Position numbers and translations under genes: made by a program. DNA of 64,000 nucleotides from Caldilineaceae bacterium (GTDB taxonomy: Bacteria; Chloroflexota; Anaerolineae; Caldilineales; Caldilineaceae): assembly GCA_965242905.1 (NCBI GenBank), contig CBDETM010000002.1, positions 4,281,998 through 4,345,997 on the forward strand, read 5' to 3'. This document shows, piece after piece, positions 37,500-46,144 of the stretch (the stretch's first letter is position 1; each line of letters starts with the position of its first letter). The notes beneath the pieces are model-generated. The model was not told where the DNA came from. It did no database searches and saw nothing but the letters and a program-made list of their open reading frames with translations.

Positions 37500-37978
37500 G
37501 CGGATTTCTCCTGTATCAATTTAGCGCCTAGCTGCACGGCCTCCACGATCTTCTGGTAACCCGTACACCGGCATATATTCCCCGAAAGCAGCTCGCGAAT
37601 CTCCTCTTCCGTCGGGTCGGGATTCTCCTCCAGGAAAGGGACCAGCGACATAAGAATGCCTGGCGTACAGAAGCCGCACTGAAGACCGTGCTTTTCCCAA
37701 AAACCGTGCTGCAACGGATGTAACGCTTGTGAGCCGCCGGCCAGGCCTTCAACTGTAGCAACGTCTCGTCCATCCGCCTGTACCGCGAACAGCAGACAGG
37801 AGCGGACGGCCACTCCGTCCAACAGCACAGTACATGCGCCGCACACACCGTGCTCGCAACCTACGTGCGTCCCTGTCAATCCAAGTTCGTGCCGCAGGAA
37901 ATCGCTAAGCAAGAGCCGCGGCTCCACCGAGCGTTCATTGCTGCGGCCATTCACCGTAACGGAAATCGTCTGGTCCAA
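37496..37978 (-). CDS. (2Fe-2S)-binding small subunit of the XDH/CoxS family
   Basis: CEHGVCGACTV and CGFCTPG cluster motifs. 160 aa. Confidence 0.92.
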   Translation of the reverse strand: MDQTISVTVNGRSNERSVEPRLLLSDFLRHELGLTGTHVGCEHGVCGACTVLLDGVAVRSCLLFAVQADGRDVATVEGLAGGSQALHPLQHGFWEKHGLQCGFCTPGILMSLVPFLEENPDPTEEEIRELLSGNICRCTGYQKIVEAVQLGAKLIQEKSA

Positions 37979-37994
37979 AACTAAGTCCTGTCCC

Positions 37995-38879
37995 CTACTG
38001 CCCTTCGCTCCCGGCTGCCCTTTCGCAGGCCCTGGTCAGTACACGCTCCCCAAGCACGCCCGCCAGATGACGGCGGTACGCTGGCCCGGCGTGGATATCT
38101 CCTACCGGGTCAATGTCCTGCGATGCTGCAGTATCGGCGGCTGCCCGAATGGCCTCTGCATTGGGCTGTTCTCCTACTAGCAGAGCCGCAGCCTGTTCTG
38201 CTACGACCGGACCTTCACCGACGCTAAAGTAGACGAGCCTCGCGTTCTCTACCGCCCCTTTGCCGTCCAGTCCGACGACGGCCGCAGCACCGCACATAGC
38301 ATAGTTGCCCTGCTGGCGGGCGACTTCCTCAAATGCCCAACCACTTCCAGAGCGCAACTGTGGAAAGGCTACTTCGACCAACATCTCCTCCGGCAGCATC
38401 GCGGTTGCGAACAGTCCTACGTAGAAGTCTCGCGCCGCGACCCAGCGCGCGTCTGTAACGCTCCGCACATACATCTGCGCATCCAGGGCAACCGCCAGTG
38501 CGGGAAGCTCTGCCGCAGGATCGGCATGTGCCAGGCTGCCCCCAATGGTTCCTCGATTGCGAATCTGACTATGGGCAATGTAGGGCATCGCTTCGTGGAG
38601 CAAAGGTGCAATCCGTTTCACCAGGGCGCTGCGCTCCACGGCACGCTGGCGAGTCATCGCCCCGCACCGGAGCTCGTCGTTGTCCTCTCGAATAAAGAAC
38701 AACTCGTCGATGCCATTGAGATCAATCAGCGCCGTGGGCTGGGCCAAACGGAAATTCATCGTCGGCACTAAACTCTGTCCACCGGCCAGGAGCTTGCCCT
38801 CATCGCCATAGTTCCGGAGCAGCGCCAGCGCTTCGTCGACCGTGCGCGGCGCGTGGAATCTGAATGCCGCGGGTTTCAT
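37995..38879 (-). CDS. FAD-binding medium subunit of the XDH/CoxM family
   Basis: MKPAAFRFHAPRTVDEALALL...LLAGGQSL is a typical FAD_binding_5 start. ATG at 38879; the ORF is open to a GTG at 38900. Confidence 0.88.
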   Translation of the reverse strand: MKPAAFRFHAPRTVDEALALLRNYGDEGKLLAGGQSLVPTMNFRLAQPTALIDLNGIDELFFIREDNDELRCGAMTRQRAVERSALVKRIAPLLHEAMPYIAHSQIRNRGTIGGSLAHADPAAELPALAVALDAQMYVRSVTDARWVAARDFYVGLFATAMLPEEMLVEVAFPQLRSGSGWAFEEVARQQGNYAMCGAAAVVGLDGKGAVENARLVYFSVGEGPVVAEQAAALLVGEQPNAEAIRAAADTAASQDIDPVGDIHAGPAYRRHLAGVLGERVLTRACERAAGSEGQ

Positions 38880-38944
38880 CTTTCCCGTCCCCGGCAGCAC
38901 ATAGGAAGGGCCTGGATTTCAAGCGAAAAGTGCTCCACCGTCTC

Positions 38945-39733
38945 CTACTCTTCCACGAACGCTACTGCGCGACAGAAAGCCGCCTCTCCGCCTTTGAACA
39001 ACCAGGGGAAGACGCCCACCGTCAACCGCCTGTTCTGCAACTCCGGCGCGCCGATCTGGCCGCCCATGTTCTCCACGTGCATACAGTCGTGAGGGAAAAG
39101 CGCGTTGTGCGTAAGCTGGTAGGCTTCCTCAGGGAACAACTCGTCTACGGCATCGGAGCCCCCGAATTTCTCTTCGCACTGCCTACGAACGCGCTCCCAC
39201 TGGTCGAGGCCGCCCCTGCCCAGGAAACGCCCAATCGGCAGGTTCATCGGGTGATCGGTCGAAATCATGTCCACGCCCCATATGCGGATCTCCTTGTCCA
39301 GCAGCCACTGACAAATGCTGTGATGGGGTCCTGGATGACGAAGAATGTACTTCTCTTCGTCTCCCTCCTCAGCCAGGAATGAGTACCGGTGCCAGCCCGT
39401 ATTGATGAAGAGAATATCTCCCTTTCGCACCTCGACTCGCTCTTCTATATCCTCAGGTCGAAAGATGTCCAACTCGTCCAGCATATCGCTCAAGTCAACG
39501 ATGACGCCGTCACCGTAAAGCCAGTCCAGAGGAATCTGGTCTATTGTCTTACCGTTTGTAACAAAGTGGCGCGGCGCATCCAGGTGCGTGCCCATGTGAT
39601 TCGACGACTGAATATACTGTGCATTGACGCCGTGCTCTGACTTGCGCTTAAAGTACTTGACCTCAAAAGGAGGATAGAACGGCCAGAATGAGCAGTCCGC
39701 GTTGAGAGGTTGTGAAAGATCATAAGGGATCAT
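38945..39733 (-). CDS. cyclase family protein (kynurenine formamidase/isatin hydrolase-like metal amidohydrolase)
   Basis: HMGTHLDAPRHF (HxGTHxDxPxH) motif. 262 aa. Confidence 0.82.
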   Translation of the reverse strand: MIPYDLSQPLNADCSFWPFYPPFEVKYFKRKSEHGVNAQYIQSSNHMGTHLDAPRHFVTNGKTIDQIPLDWLYGDGVIVDLSDMLDELDIFRPEDIEERVEVRKGDILFINTGWHRYSFLAEEGDEEKYILRHPGPHHSICQWLLDKEIRIWGVDMISTDHPMNLPIGRFLGRGGLDQWERVRRQCEEKFGGSDAVDELFPEEAYQLTHNALFPHDCMHVENMGGQIGAPELQNRRLTVGVFPWLFKGGEAAFCRAVAFVEE

Positions 39734-39786
39734 AGCCCTGTTCTCCTGAATTCAATTGTGGTCGGCCATCCAGTCAGTTTCTGCTA

Positions 39787-41034
39787 TTAGAATCCGTATT
39801 CCTCTGCAAAAGTAACGAGTGCCTCGGTGAATAGCCCCAGCGGCGGGCGAACCAGCCCGGCCCCGATCTGGCCGACCCCGGCCTCCCTGTGCGCAATGCC
39901 TGTGTTGACCCTTGGCGTGATGCCTGTTTCTACCACTGCTCTCAGGTCGATACCCACCGGCGTGCCCCGGAAGTCGAGCTGCGGGATCGTAAAGGAACTG
40001 TGCTCCCCTGCCGTAATTTCATACATCTCTAACGTGGCGTTGAGCGCGTCCTGCGGCGTTCCGCTCACAAAAGTCACGATCGCCGGCGCCGCCGCCATCG
40101 CAAAAGCGCCCAGCCCGGCCGTCTCCGTGATCGTGCTGTCACCAATATCGGGGTTCCCGTCCTCCGCGCTGAATCCCGGAAAATAGAGACCGACGGGCTG
40201 CGGACAAGGCGACGTGAACCAGCGCCCACCCAGCCCGCTGACGCGTATGCCGAACTCGGTTCCGTTTCGCGCCATTGTCGTGACTATCGTGCTCTGCTCT
40301 ACCTCGCTCCCCGCGTCTGCCATCGCCTTGCAGGCCGCCATGACCGGATTCAGCACACTTAACGCGTTGTCCCCCAAAGCCTCAATCACGTCGGCGGCCG
40401 TGGCCGCGTCGGGCGCCGCTTTCGCGATGTGCGGCGCCAGCTGTTTCGTATAGAGAACCGAGCCCGCCTTATTGCGATTGTGGCCTTCATCACCCATGTG
40501 CAACGCCTCGGCCAGCAGGGCCCGTATGTCCACGCCCGAACAGGACGCAATCGCCGCCCCGAGCACCGGCGCCATCACCTCGTGCATCCAGCGCAGCCTT
40601 TCCTGCACCTCTTCGCTATAGGCGCCGTAGCGCAGGACCTTGCCGTATCCTTCGTTAAGATTCGAGTAGGCCCGGTTCCCGTGCGTCCTGTTCTCAATCT
40701 CATACACGGCCATGGAAGGCGAGATGACGCCTGCCATCGGACCCACCGAGCTGTGGTGATGGCAGGGCGCAAGGCTGACTTCACCGCTGACGATCAGTCG
40801 CTCGGCCTCCTCCTCGTTCCCGGCTCTCCCCTCGAAAATCAAGGCGCCGATCAGAGCGCCCCGCAGCGGCCCGGAGGCTTCCTCCCAGGCAATCGGTGGG
40901 CCGGCATGTAGCAGCAGGTTCTCGTGCATACCGGGAATCAAGTCAAGCGCCTTCCCCAGCCCTGTCAGCACAGGACGGGCCTCAACCATTCGTTCCACGG
41001 CTTCTGCATTCGCGCTGTCTATTCGATTTGCCAT
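39787..41034 (-). CDS. DUF1116 domain protein (YlbE-like)
   Basis: ...IPGMHENLLLHAGPPIAWEEASGPLRGALIGALIFEG... matches my recollection of YlbE-type proteins. It lies immediately downstream of an FdrA homologue, as in E. coli. Confidence 0.7.
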   Translation of the reverse strand: MANRIDSANAEAVERMVEARPVLTGLGKALDLIPGMHENLLLHAGPPIAWEEASGPLRGALIGALIFEGRAGNEEEAERLIVSGEVSLAPCHHHSSVGPMAGVISPSMAVYEIENRTHGNRAYSNLNEGYGKVLRYGAYSEEVQERLRWMHEVMAPVLGAAIASCSGVDIRALLAEALHMGDEGHNRNKAGSVLYTKQLAPHIAKAAPDAATAADVIEALGDNALSVLNPVMAACKAMADAGSEVEQSTIVTTMARNGTEFGIRVSGLGGRWFTSPCPQPVGLYFPGFSAEDGNPDIGDSTITETAGLGAFAMAAAPAIVTFVSGTPQDALNATLEMYEITAGEHSSFTIPQLDFRGTPVGIDLRAVVETGITPRVNTGIAHREAGVGQIGAGLVRPPLGLFTEALVTFAEEYGF

Positions 41035-41133
41035 TTAGCCTCTCCGGGCGCCGTTTTCGGTCGGTGGTCCTTTTGGTGCTCTACCTGCAAGTGGGGTCCG
41101 CCGCCAGCCCAGACGGTTTCATACCGTCAAACT

Positions 41134-43059
41134 TTACCTGAGTCGCGTCAGCAGGCTGGCCAGCCTCTCGTCGCCTCCCGCCGGTGGGCGCCAATCGACG
41201 TGCACGACCTCCGCGCCTTGATCGCGCAGGCTGTCGGTAAAGGTTTCAAGCCCCACGTTTATGGCAGCGAAAGTTGGCGCAAAGCTCGCGCGCTCTGCCG
41301 ATTTCGCGACGTTGGATTCCTGCTTTGGTAACCTGTGCGGCCCTCCGTGTCCCTCTCCTGAGAATGCATGAGCCACCGCACGCATAGCAAAGTCATGTCT
41401 GGTAAAGACGCAAGCGCCTGCTCTCTCCAATTGCTTTACCTGTCTGTCCAACCCTTGCGGGTCGGCGTCGGTCCCGATGACAATGGCTACAACCGGCAGA
41501 GCTCTCCCGTCCTTGGCAGCTGCTCCTAATGCCTCTTCAATAGCCGGTGCAAGTTCAGTGGCCGGGTCCTCGTGTGCTCCGTCCCCAAGCACAACATCCA
41601 GAACGATGAGCCCAGTCTCAGGGTCCTGCGCTTCCTGCAACAAGCGCCGTATTCGTAATTCGTTGTCAAGCATGGGATGCAACCGTCCAACCGTGAACGC
41701 GTCTCCGCCCAAATCGATGATCGTATGCCCCTCGCTGCGGTGGGGGTTGTCCAGAACCAGGCCGCCCGGCAGCGGCCCATTCGAACGGACCGAAGGCAGC
41801 GAATCCTGTAACAGAAACAGCGCCTCGTATGCCAAAGTTCCCCCGGAGTAAAGCCCCCGCAGAAATCCTTGCGGCTCAGGCGATGGCACAAGGTTAGAGG
41901 GCTGCGCCGTCGCCTGAGAGGCAAACGACTCTTTCGCATAACTGCCCTGCGGGCTTGAAGCCGACGTCAGTCGAACTGCAATCTCCGCCGTCTCGTCCAG
42001 GGTTCTGGCAAACCGAATATTGGACGGGGCTCCATTCTGGTCCTCAGTCGAACCATAGCCGATGAAATTAATGACCACTGGTTTTCTGCACGATGCCGCT
42101 TCAGACAACAGTTCCTTTGCAACCGACGCCTCGGGCGGCTTGGACACAATCACGATTGCATCGGTCTCCGCGTCCTCCTTTAACAAGGCCAGTGCATGTC
42201 TCGCCGAACTCGCCCGCACCTCGGCCGACAGGTCGCGACCGCCCGTCCCATATGCCTGTGACACGCCGCAGCCTAGGCGATGGATGCCAACCATCACCGT
42301 CTGCAAACCCGTGCCGGAAGCAGCGACAATTCCTATCCTGCCCTTGCGGACCCTGTTCGCGAAACCAAGTCCGATTCCATTGACTCGGGCCGTGCCGCAG
42401 TCGGGCCCCATCACCAGTAGACCCTTGCTTGCGGCCGTATCCTTTAGCGATAATTCGTCCTCAACGCTGACATTATCACTGTAGAGAAAAACGTTCTTGC
42501 CCAGATTGAGAGCCTCGCGTGCGACGCCGGCCGCGTAGCGGCCCGGAACTGAGGTCAGGACCCACTCCGCTTCAGGAATCATCCGGGTTGCAGATGCCAG
42601 GCTCTTGGGTCTATACGCGCCAGTCTGATTCGATCTCCGGGTGGCTAGAAGTTCGTCCACGCGCGCTAAGGCTGAGCGACAGGAAGATTCCGATTCAGCT
42701 TTGACAACCAGAATGAGGTCCTCCGGCGCCGCACCTTGGAGGGAGTCAGTCAAAAGGCCGCTCTGAGCAAGCAACGCCTTGTTGGCCGGCGTGCCCATGA
42801 CGACACCCGCGTCCAAAACGCCGGGCAGCTCGGCCAGCGCGCGCTGAAGCAGCATAAGCACGACCGAATCGTAATAGGAGCCGGCTCGTATTTCGGCCAA
42901 AGTTGCAATGGGGCTTGCGACGGCCTTGTCGTCCGGAACCGAAGGGTCATCCACAGTTGCACTCCAATGCACTGGGGCGGCCGCTATACTGTCTCTTCCT
43001 TTAAACTGGGGCCTTTCGTTTCGAACACGAGAGGGTTCCGGGGGCATTCTACCAGTCAA
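41134..43059 (-). CDS. fdrA: FdrA family protein (succinyl-CoA-synthetase-like, acyl-CoA synthetase FdrA)
   Basis: Blocks YYDSVVLM, VVMGTPANKALL, LLVMGPDCGT, AASGTG, GGRDLS and VSKPP parallel E. coli FdrA. A GTG at 42954, preceded by GGAG, is a more likely start than the ORF edge at 43059. Confidence 0.85.
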   Translation of the reverse strand: MTGRMPPEPSRVRNERPQFKGRDSIAAAPVHWSATVDDPSVPDDKAVASPIATLAEIRAGSYYDSVVLMLLQRALAELPGVLDAGVVMGTPANKALLAQSGLLTDSLQGAAPEDLILVVKAESESSCRSALARVDELLATRRSNQTGAYRPKSLASATRMIPEAEWVLTSVPGRYAAGVAREALNLGKNVFLYSDNVSVEDELSLKDTAASKGLLVMGPDCGTARVNGIGLGFANRVRKGRIGIVAASGTGLQTVMVGIHRLGCGVSQAYGTGGRDLSAEVRASSARHALALLKEDAETDAIVIVSKPPEASVAKELLSEAASCRKPVVINFIGYGSTEDQNGAPSNIRFARTLDETAEIAVRLTSASSPQGSYAKESFASQATAQPSNLVPSPEPQGFLRGLYSGGTLAYEALFLLQDSLPSVRSNGPLPGGLVLDNPHRSEGHTIIDLGGDAFTVGRLHPMLDNELRIRRLLQEAQDPETGLIVLDVVLGDGAHEDPATELAPAIEEALGAAAKDGRALPVVAIVIGTDADPQGLDRQVKQLERAGACVFTRHDFAMRAVAHAFSGEGHGGPHRLPKQESNVAKSAERASFAPTFAAINVGLETFTDSLRDQGAEVVHVDWRPPAGGDERLASLLTRLR

Positions 43060-43116
43060 ACTTGTGTTAAGCCAAAGGCGGCCGGGGTCTCAATTGGTGA
43101 GTCCCAATTGCTCCGT

Positions 43117-43770
43117 TTATCGCCCTGTCTCGGCAAGGTTGTCGGCATCGACCGCTTTCACAACGGTCTCGACAACCCTGCCAACCTTCTTCGATCCTGC
43201 GGTCAAAGCCTCTTGCAAACCCCTTCCATTCAGCAAGGCGGGCAATGGTATAGGCGGGGCTGGGCGACCTTTACTGGACTGAATCGCTGTCTGCCAGTAA
43301 CCCACGTCGTGCCATACACCTGATTTGTAGCCCACACGACTAAAGGTCCCCACCTTCGTGAAGCCGAAGGACTCGTGAAAGCCGACGCTTTCCACATTCG
43401 GCAGTGTGATTCCGGCGTAAGCGCGCACATAGCCCTGCATGCGCAAAATGGCAAACAGCGTGTCGTACAGCGCCTGCCCTACTCCCATGCGCTTCGCTCT
43501 GGCATGGACATACACCGAAACATTGACCGACCACTGGTAAGCGGCCCGTTCACTGTGTCCGCCCGCGTAGGCATAGCCCAGCAGTCTCCCCCGCGCGCAG
43601 CAAACAAGCCAGGGGTATCGGGTCAAAGTTTTCCGTATCCGGGCGGCCATCTCCTCCTCCGAGGGTGGCACAACCTCGAAGGAAATAGGTGTGTCGCGAA
43701 CGACAGGTGCATAGATCGCCCGAATGCTTGCAGCGTCCTGCGGCGTTGCCAAACGAAGATCCGATTCCAT
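43117..43770 (-). CDS. GNAT N-acetyltransferase, phosphinothricin acetyltransferase (PAT)-like, with a ~40-aa C-terminal extension
   Basis: LRLATPQDAASIRAIYAPVV..., GVGQALYDTLFAIL, GFHESFGFTKVG. The start is ATG 43770 or 43776; the ORF is open to 43848. Confidence 0.8.
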   Translation of the reverse strand: MESDLRLATPQDAASIRAIYAPVVRDTPISFEVVPPSEEEMAARIRKTLTRYPWLVCCARGRLLGYAYAGGHSERAAYQWSVNVSVYVHARAKRMGVGQALYDTLFAILRMQGYVRAYAGITLPNVESVGFHESFGFTKVGTFSRVGYKSGVWHDVGYWQTAIQSSKGRPAPPIPLPALLNGRGLQEALTAGSKKVGRVVETVVKAVDADNLAETGR

Positions 43771-43895
43771 GAACATATTTCCACTGCGCGGACAGACCGA
43801 GTCACCCGCTTCCAATTGAAACAAAAAGCCGCCTCCAGGCAACGACAAGAGACGGCCAATCCGATATGGATGGAAGAATGGCTATGGGTTTGAGC

Positions 43896-44192
43896 CTACC
43901 ACCGGCTGCTGCCGCGGTCCCGATACCCGCCCTGGCTACCGCGATCCTCCCGCGGACGCGCTTCGTTTACCCGCAGCGTGCGCCCTCCCATCTCCTGGTC
44001 ATTCAGGGCCTCGATCGCAGCTTCAGCCGCATCGTCCTCCATCTCTACAAAACAAAATCCGCGAAACCGACCCGTTTCTCTGTCGGTGATCATCGCCACG
44101 CTGATGATCTCACCGTGTTGGGAAAACAGATCCCGGACCTCCTCCTCAGTCGCCGAGTAGGGCAAGTTGCCCACATAAATGCGCTTGGTCAT
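43896..44192 (-). CDS. RRM-type RNA-binding protein
   Basis: RNP2 IYVGNL, RNP1 RGFCFVEM, and a Gly/Arg-rich tail. 98 aa. Confidence 0.9.
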   Translation of the reverse strand: MTKRIYVGNLPYSATEEEVRDLFSQHGEIISVAMITDRETGRFRGFCFVEMEDDAAEAAIEALNDQEMGGRTLRVNEARPREDRGSQGGYRDRGSSRW

Positions 44193-44433
44193 CTGATTGG
44201 CTCCCCGACCCGTGCTCCACCCAAATGCGTACCCCGTAACCGTCCCGGTCTATTCTGAAGTCTGGAGAAACTTGGGGGCAATTTGACTCAGTTCACGCTC
44301 TGTATCCTCTCCACGATTCCAAACTCTCGTTTTCGATCTGCGGCGGTGGCGCTTTTCAGTGGTATCCCATTTCCGATGGCACATAGTATGCCTCTTTTGT
44401 TCCGTTCTGTCTACCACTCCAAAAGCAGGGCGC

Positions 44434-44820
44434 GCATCCCAACATTAGGGCGAACTTTCGTATACCTCTGGAGGCAACCAAGCCATGTTCAGTTCACATT
44501 CCAGTTGCCGCCAGTATAAGCGCCCTCTCTGACCACTGACCCCACCCCTCCATCTGACCACCACGTACAAAGCAGTTCACTATAAACTGAAAACTCAAAA
44601 CTGAATACTGCTTTTCCGGGCGGTCGGGCCTATTCGGCCCTCCCTTGTGCGGGGGCTCCGCCCCCGCAACGCCCCCTCTCCTACAACATGCCTCATCCAC
44701 CGGGTGTCGATATTGGTGACGGGTGCTTATTCGACGGTGTCCAGCCCGACCACGTCCCGCCAGTCCCATCAGATCCCAGTACATGCCGGCCCTGTGCCTG
44801 CCCAGTACCTCTCTCCCCAA
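44434..44820. repeat. dispersed modular intergenic repeat, A-type copy 2 (invariant core 44618-44682; diverged or expanded heptamer tract 44527-44610)
   Basis: The arms align with 5919-6288 (GCATCCCAAC..GGCGAACTTTCGTATACCTCTGG.. on the left; CTACAACAYGCCTCATC..GGTGACGGGTG..CCGCCAGTCCC..GTGCCTGCCC..CCCCAA on the right). Confidence 0.9.
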
Positions 44821-45148
44821 GCCTGAGAGCAATTTCAGCCACCTCTCGCATCCGTTCCCCGCCCAACCATAACCGCCCATAGTCTGGGCCGCACCCAAAA
44901 CAAGCCCGCTCCGACGCAATCGCTACTTCGCCCGCGTTCCGTACCGCTTGAGTTGCGTTCGTAGTCATTCTGTCGCCAAGATGCGTATAAATTTTATTTG
45001 GATCCGGCCGATCCGCAGTGGTAAAATGGCACTGCTCACGGACTCTTTTGCAGTGGATGGAGTCTGAGGGCAGGGCAGGCAAGAGGCGCCTGTCCAGTCT
45101 TGCTGCGTAGGAAAACTTAAGGGGAAAACGACGGCTTCTCTTGTCCGG

Positions 45149-46090
45149 TCAAATGGGGAGAAGGCCTTCAGCATCGGTTGGCAACTGCCAACCCTGACTG
45201 GACAGAAATTGGCGGTCCTCTGGCGTCAACTGTCCGGATTCAGTCGCTCGCACCAACAATTCAGGACGCCTGTTGAGCGTGCGCAAGAGTGACTGTTCAC
45301 GTCGCCACCGTTCGACCCTGGCGTGATGCCCGCTGGCCAGTACCTCCGGCACGACCTCTCCCCGGAATTCAGTGGGCCGTGTATACTGAGGCCCTTCTAG
45401 AAGGCCGGACAGGCCGTCCGAAAAACTGTCAAACTTAGCGCCTGACTCATGACCCAGAACGCCCGGCAGCGTTCTCGTCACAGCATCTATGACCGCCAGT
45501 GCAGCGATTTCACCTCCGCTGAGCACAAAGTCGCCAATACTGAGTTCATCTGAAATCAATTGGGTACGAATCCGTTCGTCGACGCCTTCATAGCGTCCAC
45601 ACACAAGCGCCAGACGACCATGCTTGCCGAGTTGTTCGGCAACGTCCTGATTGAATCGGCGACCCTGGGGTGTCAATAGGATAGTCGGCGTAGGCTGTCG
45701 CAGACTTGGCGGTCTGTCCGGATTCCAGGGCGGCAAATCGACGTGGGCCGCTTCTTCCGGCAACCGCCAGCCGGTGGGACGGCTCAAAACCGACTCGACC
45801 GCACGGACTACGGGCTCAGGACGCATCACCATACCGCCGCCGCCGCCGTAGGGATAGCCGTCACACGTGTGATGTCGATCTGTAGTGTAGTTTCGAATAT
45901 TGTGGAGCGTTACTTGAAGAATGCCTTTCTTCTGGGCTCGGGCCAGTATGCTCTCTGAAAGCGCCCCCGAAAACATCCGCGGAAATAGGGTGAATACGTC
46001 GAAGTGGATGGTGCGAGGAGCCCCCTCTTGAATACAGGCTTTATCGGATTCGTCATCCGCTCGTTGCTCCAGAACGTCACTCTGGGCCAT
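45149..46090 (-). CDS. trmD: tRNA (guanine37-N1)-methyltransferase
   Basis: [46 protein letters not shown]. At 313 aa it is longer than typical TrmD. Confidence 0.9.
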   Translation of the reverse strand: MAQSDVLEQRADDESDKACIQEGAPRTIHFDVFTLFPRMFSGALSESILARAQKKGILQVTLHNIRNYTTDRHHTCDGYPYGGGGGMVMRPEPVVRAVESVLSRPTGWRLPEEAAHVDLPPWNPDRPPSLRQPTPTILLTPQGRRFNQDVAEQLGKHGRLALVCGRYEGVDERIRTQLISDELSIGDFVLSGGEIAALAVIDAVTRTLPGVLGHESGAKFDSFSDGLSGLLEGPQYTRPTEFRGEVVPEVLASGHHARVERWRREQSLLRTLNRRPELLVRATESGQLTPEDRQFLSSQGWQLPTDAEGLLPI

Positions 46091-46144
46091 GATTTCCTCT
46101 TAACCGCTCTGGGGCTGGCCTACTTCCGGCGGCTGGCCGATTCA

